IMG/VR virus record: IMGVR_UViG_3300027754_000039
Span: 32,001-96,000 of that record
Source of the DNA: a virus
Strand: one strand, 5' to 3'
Length of the DNA stretch: 64,000 nt
The position numbers were made by a program, and so were the translations under genes. This document shows, piece by piece, positions 26,722 to 35,970 of the stretch; the stretch's first letter is position 1; each line of letters starts with the position of its first letter. The notes below the pieces were generated by a model. That model did no database searches and was not told where the DNA came from. It worked only from the letters and a program-made list of their open reading frames with translations.

Positions 26722-27882
26722 TTATGATTCTTCTCCGTCAAACTCTGACTCAACTGTTATGTCGTCAATACCAAAGTCTTCACCGGCTTTATAATTAAGA
26801 ATATACTTTTCACAAATTGTTTTATAAACTTGCGCTTTCATTTCTGGATCGTCCATTAACTTTGATTTGAAATCCTTAGATTGAAATTTAATTATTTCGC
26901 CAGTATCGATATTGGTATATGTATACCAAGCTCCTGCCTGAGTTACTAAATTAAAGTTCTTCATCATTGTTAACCAACTACCAAAGTCATCAATACCAGA
27001 GTCATAATAAATGTCATAGTCTACAGTTCGTAAAGGCGGGCCCATACGATTCTTAACTACTTGAGCTCGAGTTGTCGCTCCAATTACTGCTTCTGGCAGA
27101 TCTGCCGACTTAGCTATTTTAATTTGACCTACCGATTTAAGACGTAAACGAACTGAAGCGTGAAAAGCAATTGCCTTACCACCTGATGTCGTCCATTGGT
27201 CTCCAAACGTAACTCCTAATCGAGTACGTAACTGATTTGTAAATATTAAGCATATACGCTCTCTACCAATAAAATTAGTAATTTTACGCATAGCTTTAGA
27301 TAAAATAATGGCTTTTGAAGTTGCCCAACCATCTTTATCATAGTCAGCTGCCATTTCCTGTTTAGTGGAAGCACCTGCTACTGAATCTACTACTATAGTT
27401 ACAATACGTGACTTTGAATTTTTTCTAACAGACTCTACAATACTGTCCATAGCATCAAAGATGTCTTCTATTGTCTCTAAAGGAACGTATAACATATCCT
27501 TTAAATTCACGCCAATAGCTTCTAGAAATTCTCTTGACACTGCATTTTCAGTATCGATATAAACTGCTAACCCACCTTTCTTCTGCGTATCCGCCAAGGC
27601 GTGGGCTGCTAATAATGATTTGCCTGAAGCCTCTAATCCTGTAATCTCAATAATTCTTCCAACAGGAAGTCCACCATTAGGTCGATTTGAAATTGCCAAA
27701 TCTAACATAGTGGAACCCGTTGAAATCCATTCATTAACATCACTCGGAGCATCTGTGTCTCCTTCTAAGAAATAAGCTACTTTATAATTAGAGCTTTTAA
27801 ATTTCTTATTTAGATTATCGGCTAATACAGAAGCTAAATCATCTTGCATTTGACTTTCGTCTACTACTGTTTTCTTTGCCAT
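26722..27882 (-). CDS. uvsX: RecA/UvsX recombinase
   Basis: ISTGS..LD, GRIIEITGLEASGKS, VVDSVA, FTNQLR, SGGKAI.FHASVRL, VVKNRMGPP. Confidence 0.95.
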   Translation of the reverse strand: MAKKTVVDESQMQDDLASVLADNLNKKFKSSNYKVAYFLEGDTDAPSDVNEWISTGSTMLDLAISNRPNGGLPVGRIIEITGLEASGKSLLAAHALADTQKKGGLAVYIDTENAVSREFLEAIGVNLKDMLYVPLETIEDIFDAMDSIVESVRKNSKSRIVTIVVDSVAGASTKQEMAADYDKDGWATSKAIILSKAMRKITNFIGRERICLIFTNQLRTRLGVTFGDQWTTSGGKAIAFHASVRLRLKSVGQIKIAKSADLPEAVIGATTRAQVVKNRMGPPLRTVDYDIYYDSGIDDFGSWLTMMKNFNLVTQAGAWYTYTNIDTGEIIKFQSKDFKSKLMDDPEMKAQVYKTICEKYILNYKAGEDFGIDDITVESEFDGEES

Positions 27883-27894
27883 GATTATCCTGTC

Positions 27895-27910
27895 GTAACC
27901 TCTCGGTTAC
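27895..27910 (-). other. GNRA-tetraloop hairpin between gp32 and uvsX
   Basis: Minus strand GTAACC-GAGA-GGTTAC with no U-tract. Confidence 0.55.
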
Positions 27911-27916
27911 TTGTTT

Positions 27917-28705
27917 TTACTTACTATTAAATAAATTATCGAATGCCGATGCTACGTCATCAACTTTAGCTACTGGTGCTTCCTCTTCAATAGAAGATTT
28001 ATTAGCATTTGAAGCTTTAGCTGGAGCAGCTGCCTTTTCTTCAGACTCTGCATTTTCAGGATTCAACCAGTTATGCAACATCTTGGTCATTTCCTCATAT
28101 GAGTACTCTTTAAAGATGTCAGTTACTTTAGGTTGATTACCAAGCTTTTCTAAAATAGCTTTGTTGTCAGTTACTGGAGTTTGATTTGGTTTAACACGAA
28201 TTGACGTCTCTGGATAAGATTTACCGGTTTGATCAGCTGCTTTGAATTCAACTGCGATGTCACGTCCTGCTACTGGATCTGAAATATCACCATAATCAGG
28301 GTCTGCAATAAATCCTAATAGTTCTTGATATACTGATTTACCAAAGCCCCAAAATTTAACGCCTTCTGCTTCCTTACCACGAACGATAACGGGTACATAA
28401 CAACGCATTGTTGGTTCTAATTTTTTACCTGCTTTCCAATCATCAGAGTTACCTGTTGATTTTAATTTTTCTGCAAATTCCACGATAGGGTCGGGACGAC
28501 CAAATGACATTGGAGATAAAACAGATTTACCACCGAAGTTATAATGGAAATAAAGTTCTAAGAATGGATTTTCTCTGTTGTGTTGATAAGGTACTATCCT
28601 TACTACTTGAGTGCCTGGTTCAGGCTTCCATAAATTGTTTTGTTTTTGTGTTACATTTTGTAACGAGTTAAGCTTCTGCTTAATTGCATCGAGATTGATT
28701 GCCAT
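27917..28705 (-). CDS. gp32: single-stranded DNA-binding protein (gp32-like)
   Basis: LWKP..G..VVRIVP, PF.E.YFHY, VIVRG.E.EGVK.W.FG, DP..GRD, acidic FDNLF tail. Confidence 0.85.
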   Translation of the reverse strand: MAINLDAIKQKLNSLQNVTQKQNNLWKPEPGTQVVRIVPYQHNRENPFLELYFHYNFGGKSVLSPMSFGRPDPIVEFAEKLKSTGNSDDWKAGKKLEPTMRCYVPVIVRGKEAEGVKFWGFGKSVYQELLGFIADPDYGDISDPVAGRDIAVEFKAADQTGKSYPETSIRVKPNQTPVTDNKAILEKLGNQPKVTDIFKEYSYEEMTKMLHNWLNPENAESEEKAAAPAKASNANKSSIEEEAPVAKVDDVASAFDNLFNSK

Positions 28706-28813
28706 GATTTTTTTGTTTTTTATTTGTTATTAATTAATTTGTATTTAGTAATTGTCTACGCAAATTCAATTTGTCTAGAATAGTCAAATTTACATTTTCA
28801 ACACTAACATAAC

Positions 28814-28846
28814 TAAATATAAGTTACTTTATTCAAAGTACCAAAT
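28814..28846 (-). promoter_or_regulatory. Bacteroidota-type promoter for gp32
   Basis: Minus strand ATTTG-N20-TATATTTA. Confidence 0.65.
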
Positions 28847-28862
28847 ATTTCATTTAAAAATA

Positions 28863-29246
28863 TTACAGATTAATAATCTGATATACTTTTGTCTTTAAAA
28901 CTTTCAATTCGCTATTAGACGTTACTAACAATGCGTTGGAAAATTTACTCCAATTAACGGAAAACTTAGGGTCCAATACCCCATTGTTCTCTGATCGGAT
29001 TAATGCGTTTAGTGAGTTTATAGTATATAACGTATTGGTGTCCTTCTTACGATGTACTAACATAGCTCCTGGTAATTGCTTTCTTTGATTTTCTTTATCT
29101 ACATTAAAGCTGCAAACTAACTCTTCCGAGTCTTGTATTGATAAAACAAATATTCGTTTATATACAACTTCATAAGTTTTTACAATCATATTTGAAGTAT
29201 GATCCAATGACTCTTCGGTCGTAAATAAACAAATTAGAGATACCAA
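28863..29246 (-). CDS. conserved-looking hypothetical protein
   Basis: TTG start; HRKK.TNTLYTINSLN motif; ATATTTAT motif at 29271-29278. Confidence 0.65.
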   Translation of the reverse strand: MVSLICLFTTEESLDHTSNMIVKTYEVVYKRIFVLSIQDSEELVCSFNVDKENQRKQLPGAMLVHRKKDTNTLYTINSLNALIRSENNGVLDPKFSVNWSKFSNALLVTSNSELKVLKTKVYQIINL

Positions 29247-29279
29247 TATATATAGTTCCTTTTACCATTTATAAATATC

Positions 29280-30632
29280 CTAAAACTTTTTTTCTGTTGT
29301 AATCATGTTATGATAATCTGGTCCTATTTCTATTTTTGTTGGATACTTCCCTTGTTGCTCTAATTCCTCTCTTACTATACGAAGCAATTCCACACCGTCT
29401 CGCTTGTCAAAGTCCCAAAGAAAACTGTCATAGGTATAAAGTATCAGCTTCGAAGAGAAAGACTTTGTACGTAGAAGTATATTATGTATAACCGCCATAT
29501 TTCTTTCCGTCTCAAAACTCTGAAGCATGTAATTTAAAAGCTTAGCTGCATTCATTTCAGTGAAGAATGATTTAAATAATTTTCTTCCAAACATAGGAGT
29601 TTCAATATATCCTTGCTCTCTGTATTGAGACCATACTAACTGAGTATATTCATGTATCTTTGCAAAAAATGGAATTACCAAATACTCAGTACCTATACCT
29701 CCATATAATTGTTTAAAGGATATTGATTTAGCTTCTGAATACTCTGCTGGAGTTAAAACATCTTTATCAAAATAAAACTGACCTAGATATTGATGTACTG
29801 ATATATTATCCGGAAACTTATAATCTACTAACTCAGCTAAAAGTCTTAAGTGATAAGCATCGTAGTCAAAGGATAGCATAAAACCATTTTCTCCAAATCT
29901 AGATACAAATGGAGCTCGTTGTCCAGTTTCTTTATTTAAAGCAGCGAAGTTAATACCGCCATAGCGATTACTAGGCCTTCCGGTGGTAGTGTATATATTA
30001 TATTCAGAAAATACAAAGTTATCATATATACTTTGCTCTGTGAATTTCTTTTTGAATTGTTCATAATTTGCATAAAGTCCATTTTGTTCTATTTGTTGAA
30101 GTGAGTCTAACACCAATCCATTGTACTTTTCAAAAGCAGCATCGTTTTGATAAAAGTCAAATACATCTAAAAATCTTTGAGAGATAGCTTGCGCCTTTTC
30201 AATGTGCTTGGAAATAGGAATGATAGTATTTAGATTATTGAAGTTTCCAAAATTTCTAGTAAAGAACTCGTGTGCTGGAGTTTCAAAGTCGTCTTCAATT
30301 GGTTGATTGTTATAAAAATATTCAACCATACTCATATCAATTAAGTTATCAGTATTTAAAAACTTCTTGAATCGCTTTTTGTTGTAAACGAATAAATTTT
30401 TATCTTTAGGAAATTGCTTTAGAAACTCTATTGGAAGTGATAACCCTTCAGTGTGATTGAATACTACAAGTACTTCTTTATCCAAGTTAAGTACATACAC
30501 GTATATAATAGATATCGAGTCTGTGTATACTGGTCTGCTTCCGTTGCAATAGGTTGGAACTATTAACCAATCATAATCCTTACTTTGCTCTAGGAATGAA
30601 TCAAACTCTTTTATGGTTTCTATTATCTTCAT
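29280..30632 (-). CDS. family A DNA polymerase-like protein (polymerase domain, degenerate exonuclease region)
   Basis: TTTGRPS, motif A DYDAYHLR, motif B KSISFKQLYG, NY.LQS, motif C YTYDS. Confidence 0.85.
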   Translation of the reverse strand: MKIIETIKEFDSFLEQSKDYDWLIVPTYCNGSRPVYTDSISIIYVYVLNLDKEVLVVFNHTEGLSLPIEFLKQFPKDKNLFVYNKKRFKKFLNTDNLIDMSMVEYFYNNQPIEDDFETPAHEFFTRNFGNFNNLNTIIPISKHIEKAQAISQRFLDVFDFYQNDAAFEKYNGLVLDSLQQIEQNGLYANYEQFKKKFTEQSIYDNFVFSEYNIYTTTGRPSNRYGGINFAALNKETGQRAPFVSRFGENGFMLSFDYDAYHLRLLAELVDYKFPDNISVHQYLGQFYFDKDVLTPAEYSEAKSISFKQLYGGIGTEYLVIPFFAKIHEYTQLVWSQYREQGYIETPMFGRKLFKSFFTEMNAAKLLNYMLQSFETERNMAVIHNILLRTKSFSSKLILYTYDSFLWDFDKRDGVELLRIVREELEQQGKYPTKIEIGPDYHNMITTEKKF

Positions 30633-30639
30633 AACCTAG

Positions 30640-30672
30640 TAAATATAAGTTATTTATTTAACATAACCAAAT
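30640..30672 (-). promoter_or_regulatory. Bacteroidota-type promoter for the PolA-like gene
   Basis: Minus strand ATTTG-N20-TATATTTA; marks the late-to-early module boundary. Confidence 0.65.
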
Positions 30673-31301
30673 ATATTTTTTATATCGTCTTTAACTACAG
30701 GAGAATATATAGAAAATTCAATATAGTCTGTTAAATAATCTTTTAATCCTGGCATATCAAAATCTTTTAAAAGAACCAATCTTTCATTGGTATCATAAAC
30801 TCCATACTCAATATTAGTTCCTGAATTGTTATCATTTACTGGGCCTGTTAATTTCCATTCTAATATTAATGCTTGATATAAGGTCTCATCAATGCCGGCT
30901 TGGTTCTTTCTCCAAAGTTTATATTGGGGTTGGTTAATCTCAATAATATCTTGATATGTAGTATAATTTCTTCTTCTTAAAAAATATCTAATAAAAGATC
31001 CATTTCGATAATCGTCTATTACTGGAATTGGCAAAGAATGTTTAGGAGATATAAATTGTTTTTTAGTCTTTAAAGAATTGTAAATTATATTTTCCGGCTG
31101 AAGTATCTGATTAATATATGGTATTAGCGTTTTAGACTCTGTACGATTAAACACAGCTCCTGAAAGAACTTTACCGTCTATATACTTATGATAATATCCG
31201 ATATACTCTTTACCGTCTATAAACATCCACTCCTTTCCAAAAGTATGTAAGTTATTAACAATGTGAGTTTTAGGATAATATATTTTATTTCTTAATGCCA
31301 T
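30654..31301 (-). CDS. baseplate-region hypothetical protein
   Basis: Coupled to the baseplate hub gene. Confidence 0.6.
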   Translation of the reverse strand: MALRNKIYYPKTHIVNNLHTFGKEWMFIDGKEYIGYYHKYIDGKVLSGAVFNRTESKTLIPYINQILQPENIIYNSLKTKKQFISPKHSLPIPVIDDYRNGSFIRYFLRRRNYTTYQDIIEINQPQYKLWRKNQAGIDETLYQALILEWKLTGPVNDNNSGTNIEYGVYDTNERLVLLKDFDMPGLKDYLTDYIEFSIYSPVVKDDIKNIFGYVK

Positions 31302-33169
31302 TATACAAATCTACAAACTGTGTTTAATGTTGTTGTCCAATCTCCGCTAGCAATAGTATGTTCTACTGTAGTAACTGTAAATGCAATATCGTCTCTTTTA
31401 TATTGAGCTGGTAAATAATTAGTTGTAATTGCATTTCCAAAAGTAAATCCTTCTATTCCGTCCAGAGTACAAGAAAAATCTAATGGAAATAATGGCTTAG
31501 CAGTTAGGCCTAATTTACCAATTAATTCTGCTTTGATAGCAGCTTCTAAATCTGTAACGTTTTCAGGAGTAAGCCCGTCACTCGCTACTTTCTTTTTAAC
31601 AGCTACTAAAGCTTCGGGTATAGGTTCCTGTGCTTTATCTTCTTTACCCGTCAATAACCCTTGGCCCGGGCTTAATGTACTTTGAGCTTTAATAAATGCT
31701 TGCGCTGCCATTTCTTGAGGTATCTTTGCTGTCAATGACATAGTGCGAACTATACCATCTTGATCAACTGCTGATATAACATACGGTTTAATTTTTTCGT
31801 CTGAATATTCAGAATCGACTATTACCAATTCAGTTTCTTTTTCGGGATTGATAACTAACGTTAGTTTAAATAACTGAGCGCTATTTTTATAAATCATCGT
31901 AAATATATCATTTAAAAACTTAGCTATTGACATATCTGGAGACCGTTCTCCCTTCTCATTAACAGTTCCTAAATTTCTAAATACATCATTAATATATCGA
32001 ACATTAATCATAATTTTACTAGCATCTCCTGTTCCGTTTTCACCTTTAAATGCAGCATCAGTATCTCCAAATGTAAATACTTTACTTCCTGGAAAATTGC
32101 CGGCGCCGTCGCCATAGTCAGCGAACCCCGGAAATATACATTCTCCCGGATTTGCTGATACAAAAGCAACTAATGTAGGTATCGAAACTTTAGTCCAATC
32201 TTTATTACATTGTATTACAATTTCTTTAAATTTATAATCTTTTGCTATCTTTGCTTTAGCTCCTGATGCATTTTTATATAATTTATTAATAATAAATACT
32301 AACTTTTCCAATGTAATGTAATATTGAGCGGTTGCTTCTTGTGCTGGCTTATCCGCAGAAGCTTCTTGATTTTCTTCTTCTTGCACTGCTGGCATATGAG
32401 CCCAATCGGTTGGAAATTTAATTGCGCCAATTCCATACGTCTCATTAACTGAATCTACTACTGGTTCTGGGGTTGATGCTAATTGCACAAACCCATTAAC
32501 ATTTTGACATATAGTTAATGCTGGAAATATTTCTTCGTCTGCTCCCTTAATTGTAATATCGCCTGCACTGTCGGCCGCTTTAGCACTACCGCCTAACGGA
32601 TTTAATCCTTTTCCCATAGCTTGGCAACTGCAATCAAATCCTCCATTTTCATTAACGGTATAATTAAAATTATATATAGTTCCTGTAAAATTGCCTGGAG
32701 GGCCAGACGCTGCTGACGGTATTGACCATCCATAATATAACGTTACTTCATTTCCTAGAGTTAAAAATGGTATGTATGTATTTAATTGTGCTATGGAATA
32801 TACCGTAAATGTTAAATCTGCTTTTTTAATAGTACCAAAATCTCCATCGCTTGAAATATGTACTGTATTGATGTGTGGCTTAGGTATATATCTGCCGCTG
32901 TCTACTGAAGTAACTGTTCCTGTTCCTTGATATAAACCACTTGATCCTTTTTGTATATGACCAGCTTTATTTTTTTTAGAAAATGATAATCCACCACCTT
33001 GAGGCGGAGATAATGATATTCCTTCACATTTAGCAGTAGCTACTGCCATTTTTTTCAGCAACCAATTATGTGCCGATTGATCACGAACTTCGGCATTGTA
33101 ATATGCTTTACGTGCATTTAAGGCACTTTGAACGTTACCCGGTGTTGGTGTGAAAAATACTGTTGCCAT
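31301..33169 (-). CDS. probable baseplate hub protein
   Basis: L.YGWS, G...NFNY....GGFDC pattern; C-terminal FPLDFS.TLDGIEG..FGN; position after the LysM gene. Confidence 0.55.
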   Translation of the reverse strand: MATVFFTPTPGNVQSALNARKAYYNAEVRDQSAHNWLLKKMAVATAKCEGISLSPPQGGGLSFSKKNKAGHIQKGSSGLYQGTGTVTSVDSGRYIPKPHINTVHISSDGDFGTIKKADLTFTVYSIAQLNTYIPFLTLGNEVTLYYGWSIPSAASGPPGNFTGTIYNFNYTVNENGGFDCSCQAMGKGLNPLGGSAKAADSAGDITIKGADEEIFPALTICQNVNGFVQLASTPEPVVDSVNETYGIGAIKFPTDWAHMPAVQEEENQEASADKPAQEATAQYYITLEKLVFIINKLYKNASGAKAKIAKDYKFKEIVIQCNKDWTKVSIPTLVAFVSANPGECIFPGFADYGDGAGNFPGSKVFTFGDTDAAFKGENGTGDASKIMINVRYINDVFRNLGTVNEKGERSPDMSIAKFLNDIFTMIYKNSAQLFKLTLVINPEKETELVIVDSEYSDEKIKPYVISAVDQDGIVRTMSLTAKIPQEMAAQAFIKAQSTLSPGQGLLTGKEDKAQEPIPEALVAVKKKVASDGLTPENVTDLEAAIKAELIGKLGLTAKPLFPLDFSCTLDGIEGFTFGNAITTNYLPAQYKRDDIAFTVTTVEHTIASGDWTTTLNTVCRFV

Positions 33170-33489
33170 TATCGAGAATTATTTGCATCTTGAAATTGAA
33201 CTAAAGCATCTTGATAATCTCTAGGAACTCTTACTTGAATGCCTGGCTCTAAATAAACCGAATCTCTTCGTAAGCTAGGATTTGCAGCTGCTATTATCCA
33301 CCATAAATTAGCATCTTGATAATATTTAGAAGCTAGCAAATCTAATCGCTCTCCAATACTCGTAACGACATATACATCATCTGTTGATCTTTCAATTGTA
33401 GGATCAATTAAGGTTGCATAGTATCTTTTTTTATTATCAACATCTAAACTAGTGTTTTGGTTGAATAAGTAGTTTTCGTATCTTGACAT
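33169..33489 (-). CDS. LysM-like baseplate wedge/tail protein (gp53-like)
   Basis: GERLDLLASKYYQDANLWWIIAAAN. Confidence 0.8.
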   Translation of the reverse strand: MSRYENYLFNQNTSLDVDNKKRYYATLIDPTIERSTDDVYVVTSIGERLDLLASKYYQDANLWWIIAAANPSLRRDSVYLEPGIQVRVPRDYQDALVQFQDANNSR

Positions 33490-33557
33490 TTATAATATAT
33501 ATTAAATTCTATTGGTTATCTTAAAAGTATTTTGCAGTTGCAAATCCTCCATTTGTA

Positions 33558-35954
33558 CTATTTAGCGAGGAAAAAATAACCAGTGGTGGACATTTTTAAT
33601 ACAGGAGCTGCAGCTCTTGTTTTTGGTTTATCTGCTTCCGTTTTAGCTTGTTTTGCTTTCTTTTCTTTACTAACTTGAGTAGGCTCTGCATCTGAAAGCC
33701 AATTTCCTGGCTTCGTACTTCCACCAAAAGGAGATAAACTATATACACGGCCTTTAAGCTGAGGACGATAATCGCCAATTACTTTAAACGTCATTGATAC
33801 ATCCATAGACAATGGCAATTGCTTTGCATTTGCATTTGTACCAGAATCTTCTGCTATATCCCAAGTAGTTTCGTCAGGTATAGTGTATGTAAGTGATTCA
33901 ATAAATCCTGGAGTTTGTTGAAATAAACTACCTATAGTAATACGCATAAATGGACCTCCTGGTTTGGTTCCTGAAGAAGTAAAGTCGGGCATTGTATATG
34001 AAGCTAAATAATTTAATTTACGCCACATAGGTACCATTTCTGCTCTTGATAAAGCATTTACTGTAAAATTAAATGATACAGACCGTTCAAATGAAGTATA
34101 TAAATAAGCTCCGTCAGGTCTACCCATTATATCAATACGATTCCATCCTGGAGAAAATGAATCTGAAAATCCGTTCATAGTACATCTAAATACCATTACA
34201 TTAGATCCAATATCACCATCTTCAAAATAAAATTTTATAAAATCTTCAGCTCCTGTTTTATAAACATTTTCCTTTGCTACATCTCCTATATCATAAGCAT
34301 TAACTTTATCTCCACGAAATCCTTTTTCATCAATTAAAATAGTTCTATTTTTTCCTAGATATTTATCTCCCGGAATTATATAATTGCTTGGATCGGTTCT
34401 GTCAGCTCCTATAGCTCCAGGAGTTCCAAATCCATATTTAGCTTCTAAATTATTTTTTGTATAATAATCTTTATTAGTGCCAGTACCTAAAATACTTTTT
34501 TCTTGAGTAGTCTTAGCATCAATATCATTACGAAAATCTCTAAATGACTTTTCGCCTTTATTTTTAGGTATTTTATTATACGCTAACGTTAGATAACTAT
34601 TAATATCCGTAGAAGGAGCATCTTTATATGCCTTTTCTCTAGAAGTAGACGTTGATAAATCTACTTTAGTAGAATTTAATTGGGCACCTGGTGTATAATT
34701 TGCTGTTTCTAATTTAGTTGCTAAGGTTTTAAGTTTAGACTGCGGTTTTATTCCTAAATCTATAGAGCTTTTAGTTCCTCTTAATGTACCAGCATAATTA
34801 TTTAAGTTACTTGAAGGATTAATTTTAGAAGCTTCTTGTACATTTTCAATTGAATTAGGTGTTGATACTGTATGCCTCTTAATATTTGTAATGCCAATTC
34901 CATACACAGATTGTGGGCCGGACAAACCTGATAGTGATAATATCGGCATTCCTAGCTGTACTAATGAAATCGCTGATATTGGTATTAAATTATCTGTTGC
35001 TCGGTTGTCTAATCCTAATTGTCTGCGTAATCCAATTAATCTATTCCCTGGCTGAGTTATCCCCGTTGGGTCGGCTACTGAATATGTTAATAACCCATTT
35101 TTAATTTTAGACACATTTTCATAGCTAGCTAATTCATTTGCAAACGGAATTCCATGACGAGTAAAGTGTAATCCTAAAGCTGTACCTGGAACTGATAATA
35201 GCGAAGCTACTCCGGTATGTATTCTTGTTTGTCGAGTTAATGGCCCTCCAATAGTTTCTACTTTAGGATTGGTTAAGCCTAAACCTATTTGTTTAACTAT
35301 CCATAAAAGACCTTTAGGCGAAGCCATAAATTTAGCAATACGTGCTGTATCTGCTACAATTCTATCTGCAACAGTTACTGCACCGCCTCTAATCAATCCA
35401 TCGTCAAATCCTGACTTAGATCCAAACCCCCAATATTGAGGTTTTTCATTTCCTTTACGCTGAATACCTCTTAAGATGTAAGGCTGTTGCATATACGTGG
35501 TATTATGCGACTCATCTCTTAAATTGTATTTTTTATATTCCTCGTCAATAGCTGATGGCGAATTTTGTTCCGTAGACTTAGCATATAAAAGACTTTTATT
35601 TGATTGACCAGATATACTAGCAACCACGCTATTGTATGTGTTAGAAGTACTATATCCTTGTACAGAGAATATTTTGCTGGTTAAAGCATTATTTTTTAAA
35701 TATCTAAACGGAGACCCATTACCTAATTGATTAATTAATGTAGCAGTACCAATAGCAAATTTGCTATTACCCATAGATATTTCTTTTTTATAATCAAAGG
35801 TATCTAACTTAGAAGGTCTAGCTCCATTAGCACTGAACTCTGCAGGTACTTCGTCGATATTATATTTCGAAGCATTAACCTTGTTTTCTAAAGACGGAGT
35901 TTTGAAATCCGAACGAAATTTTGATAAATCAGATTTTATATCTATTAATGCCAT
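33558..35954 (-). CDS. probable baseplate/tail tube initiator protein
   Basis: FRC....FSDSF.P.W......GRPD..Y.Y..FERSVSF.F pattern; downstream of the tape measure. Confidence 0.6.
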   Translation of the reverse strand: MALIDIKSDLSKFRSDFKTPSLENKVNASKYNIDEVPAEFSANGARPSKLDTFDYKKEISMGNSKFAIGTATLINQLGNGSPFRYLKNNALTSKIFSVQGYSTSNTYNSVVASISGQSNKSLLYAKSTEQNSPSAIDEEYKKYNLRDESHNTTYMQQPYILRGIQRKGNEKPQYWGFGSKSGFDDGLIRGGAVTVADRIVADTARIAKFMASPKGLLWIVKQIGLGLTNPKVETIGGPLTRQTRIHTGVASLLSVPGTALGLHFTRHGIPFANELASYENVSKIKNGLLTYSVADPTGITQPGNRLIGLRRQLGLDNRATDNLIPISAISLVQLGMPILSLSGLSGPQSVYGIGITNIKRHTVSTPNSIENVQEASKINPSSNLNNYAGTLRGTKSSIDLGIKPQSKLKTLATKLETANYTPGAQLNSTKVDLSTSTSREKAYKDAPSTDINSYLTLAYNKIPKNKGEKSFRDFRNDIDAKTTQEKSILGTGTNKDYYTKNNLEAKYGFGTPGAIGADRTDPSNYIIPGDKYLGKNRTILIDEKGFRGDKVNAYDIGDVAKENVYKTGAEDFIKFYFEDGDIGSNVMVFRCTMNGFSDSFSPGWNRIDIMGRPDGAYLYTSFERSVSFNFTVNALSRAEMVPMWRKLNYLASYTMPDFTSSGTKPGGPFMRITIGSLFQQTPGFIESLTYTIPDETTWDIAEDSGTNANAKQLPLSMDVSMTFKVIGDYRPQLKGRVYSLSPFGGSTKPGNWLSDAEPTQVSKEKKAKQAKTEADKPKTRAAAPVLKMSTTGYFFLAK

Positions 35955-35970
35955 AATATTATATTAATAA

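Noticed and set aside
9028-27882. Inteins or group I introns in PolB, RNR, helicase and RecA
   Set aside because: All are of normal length with contiguous motifs and no splicing signatures.
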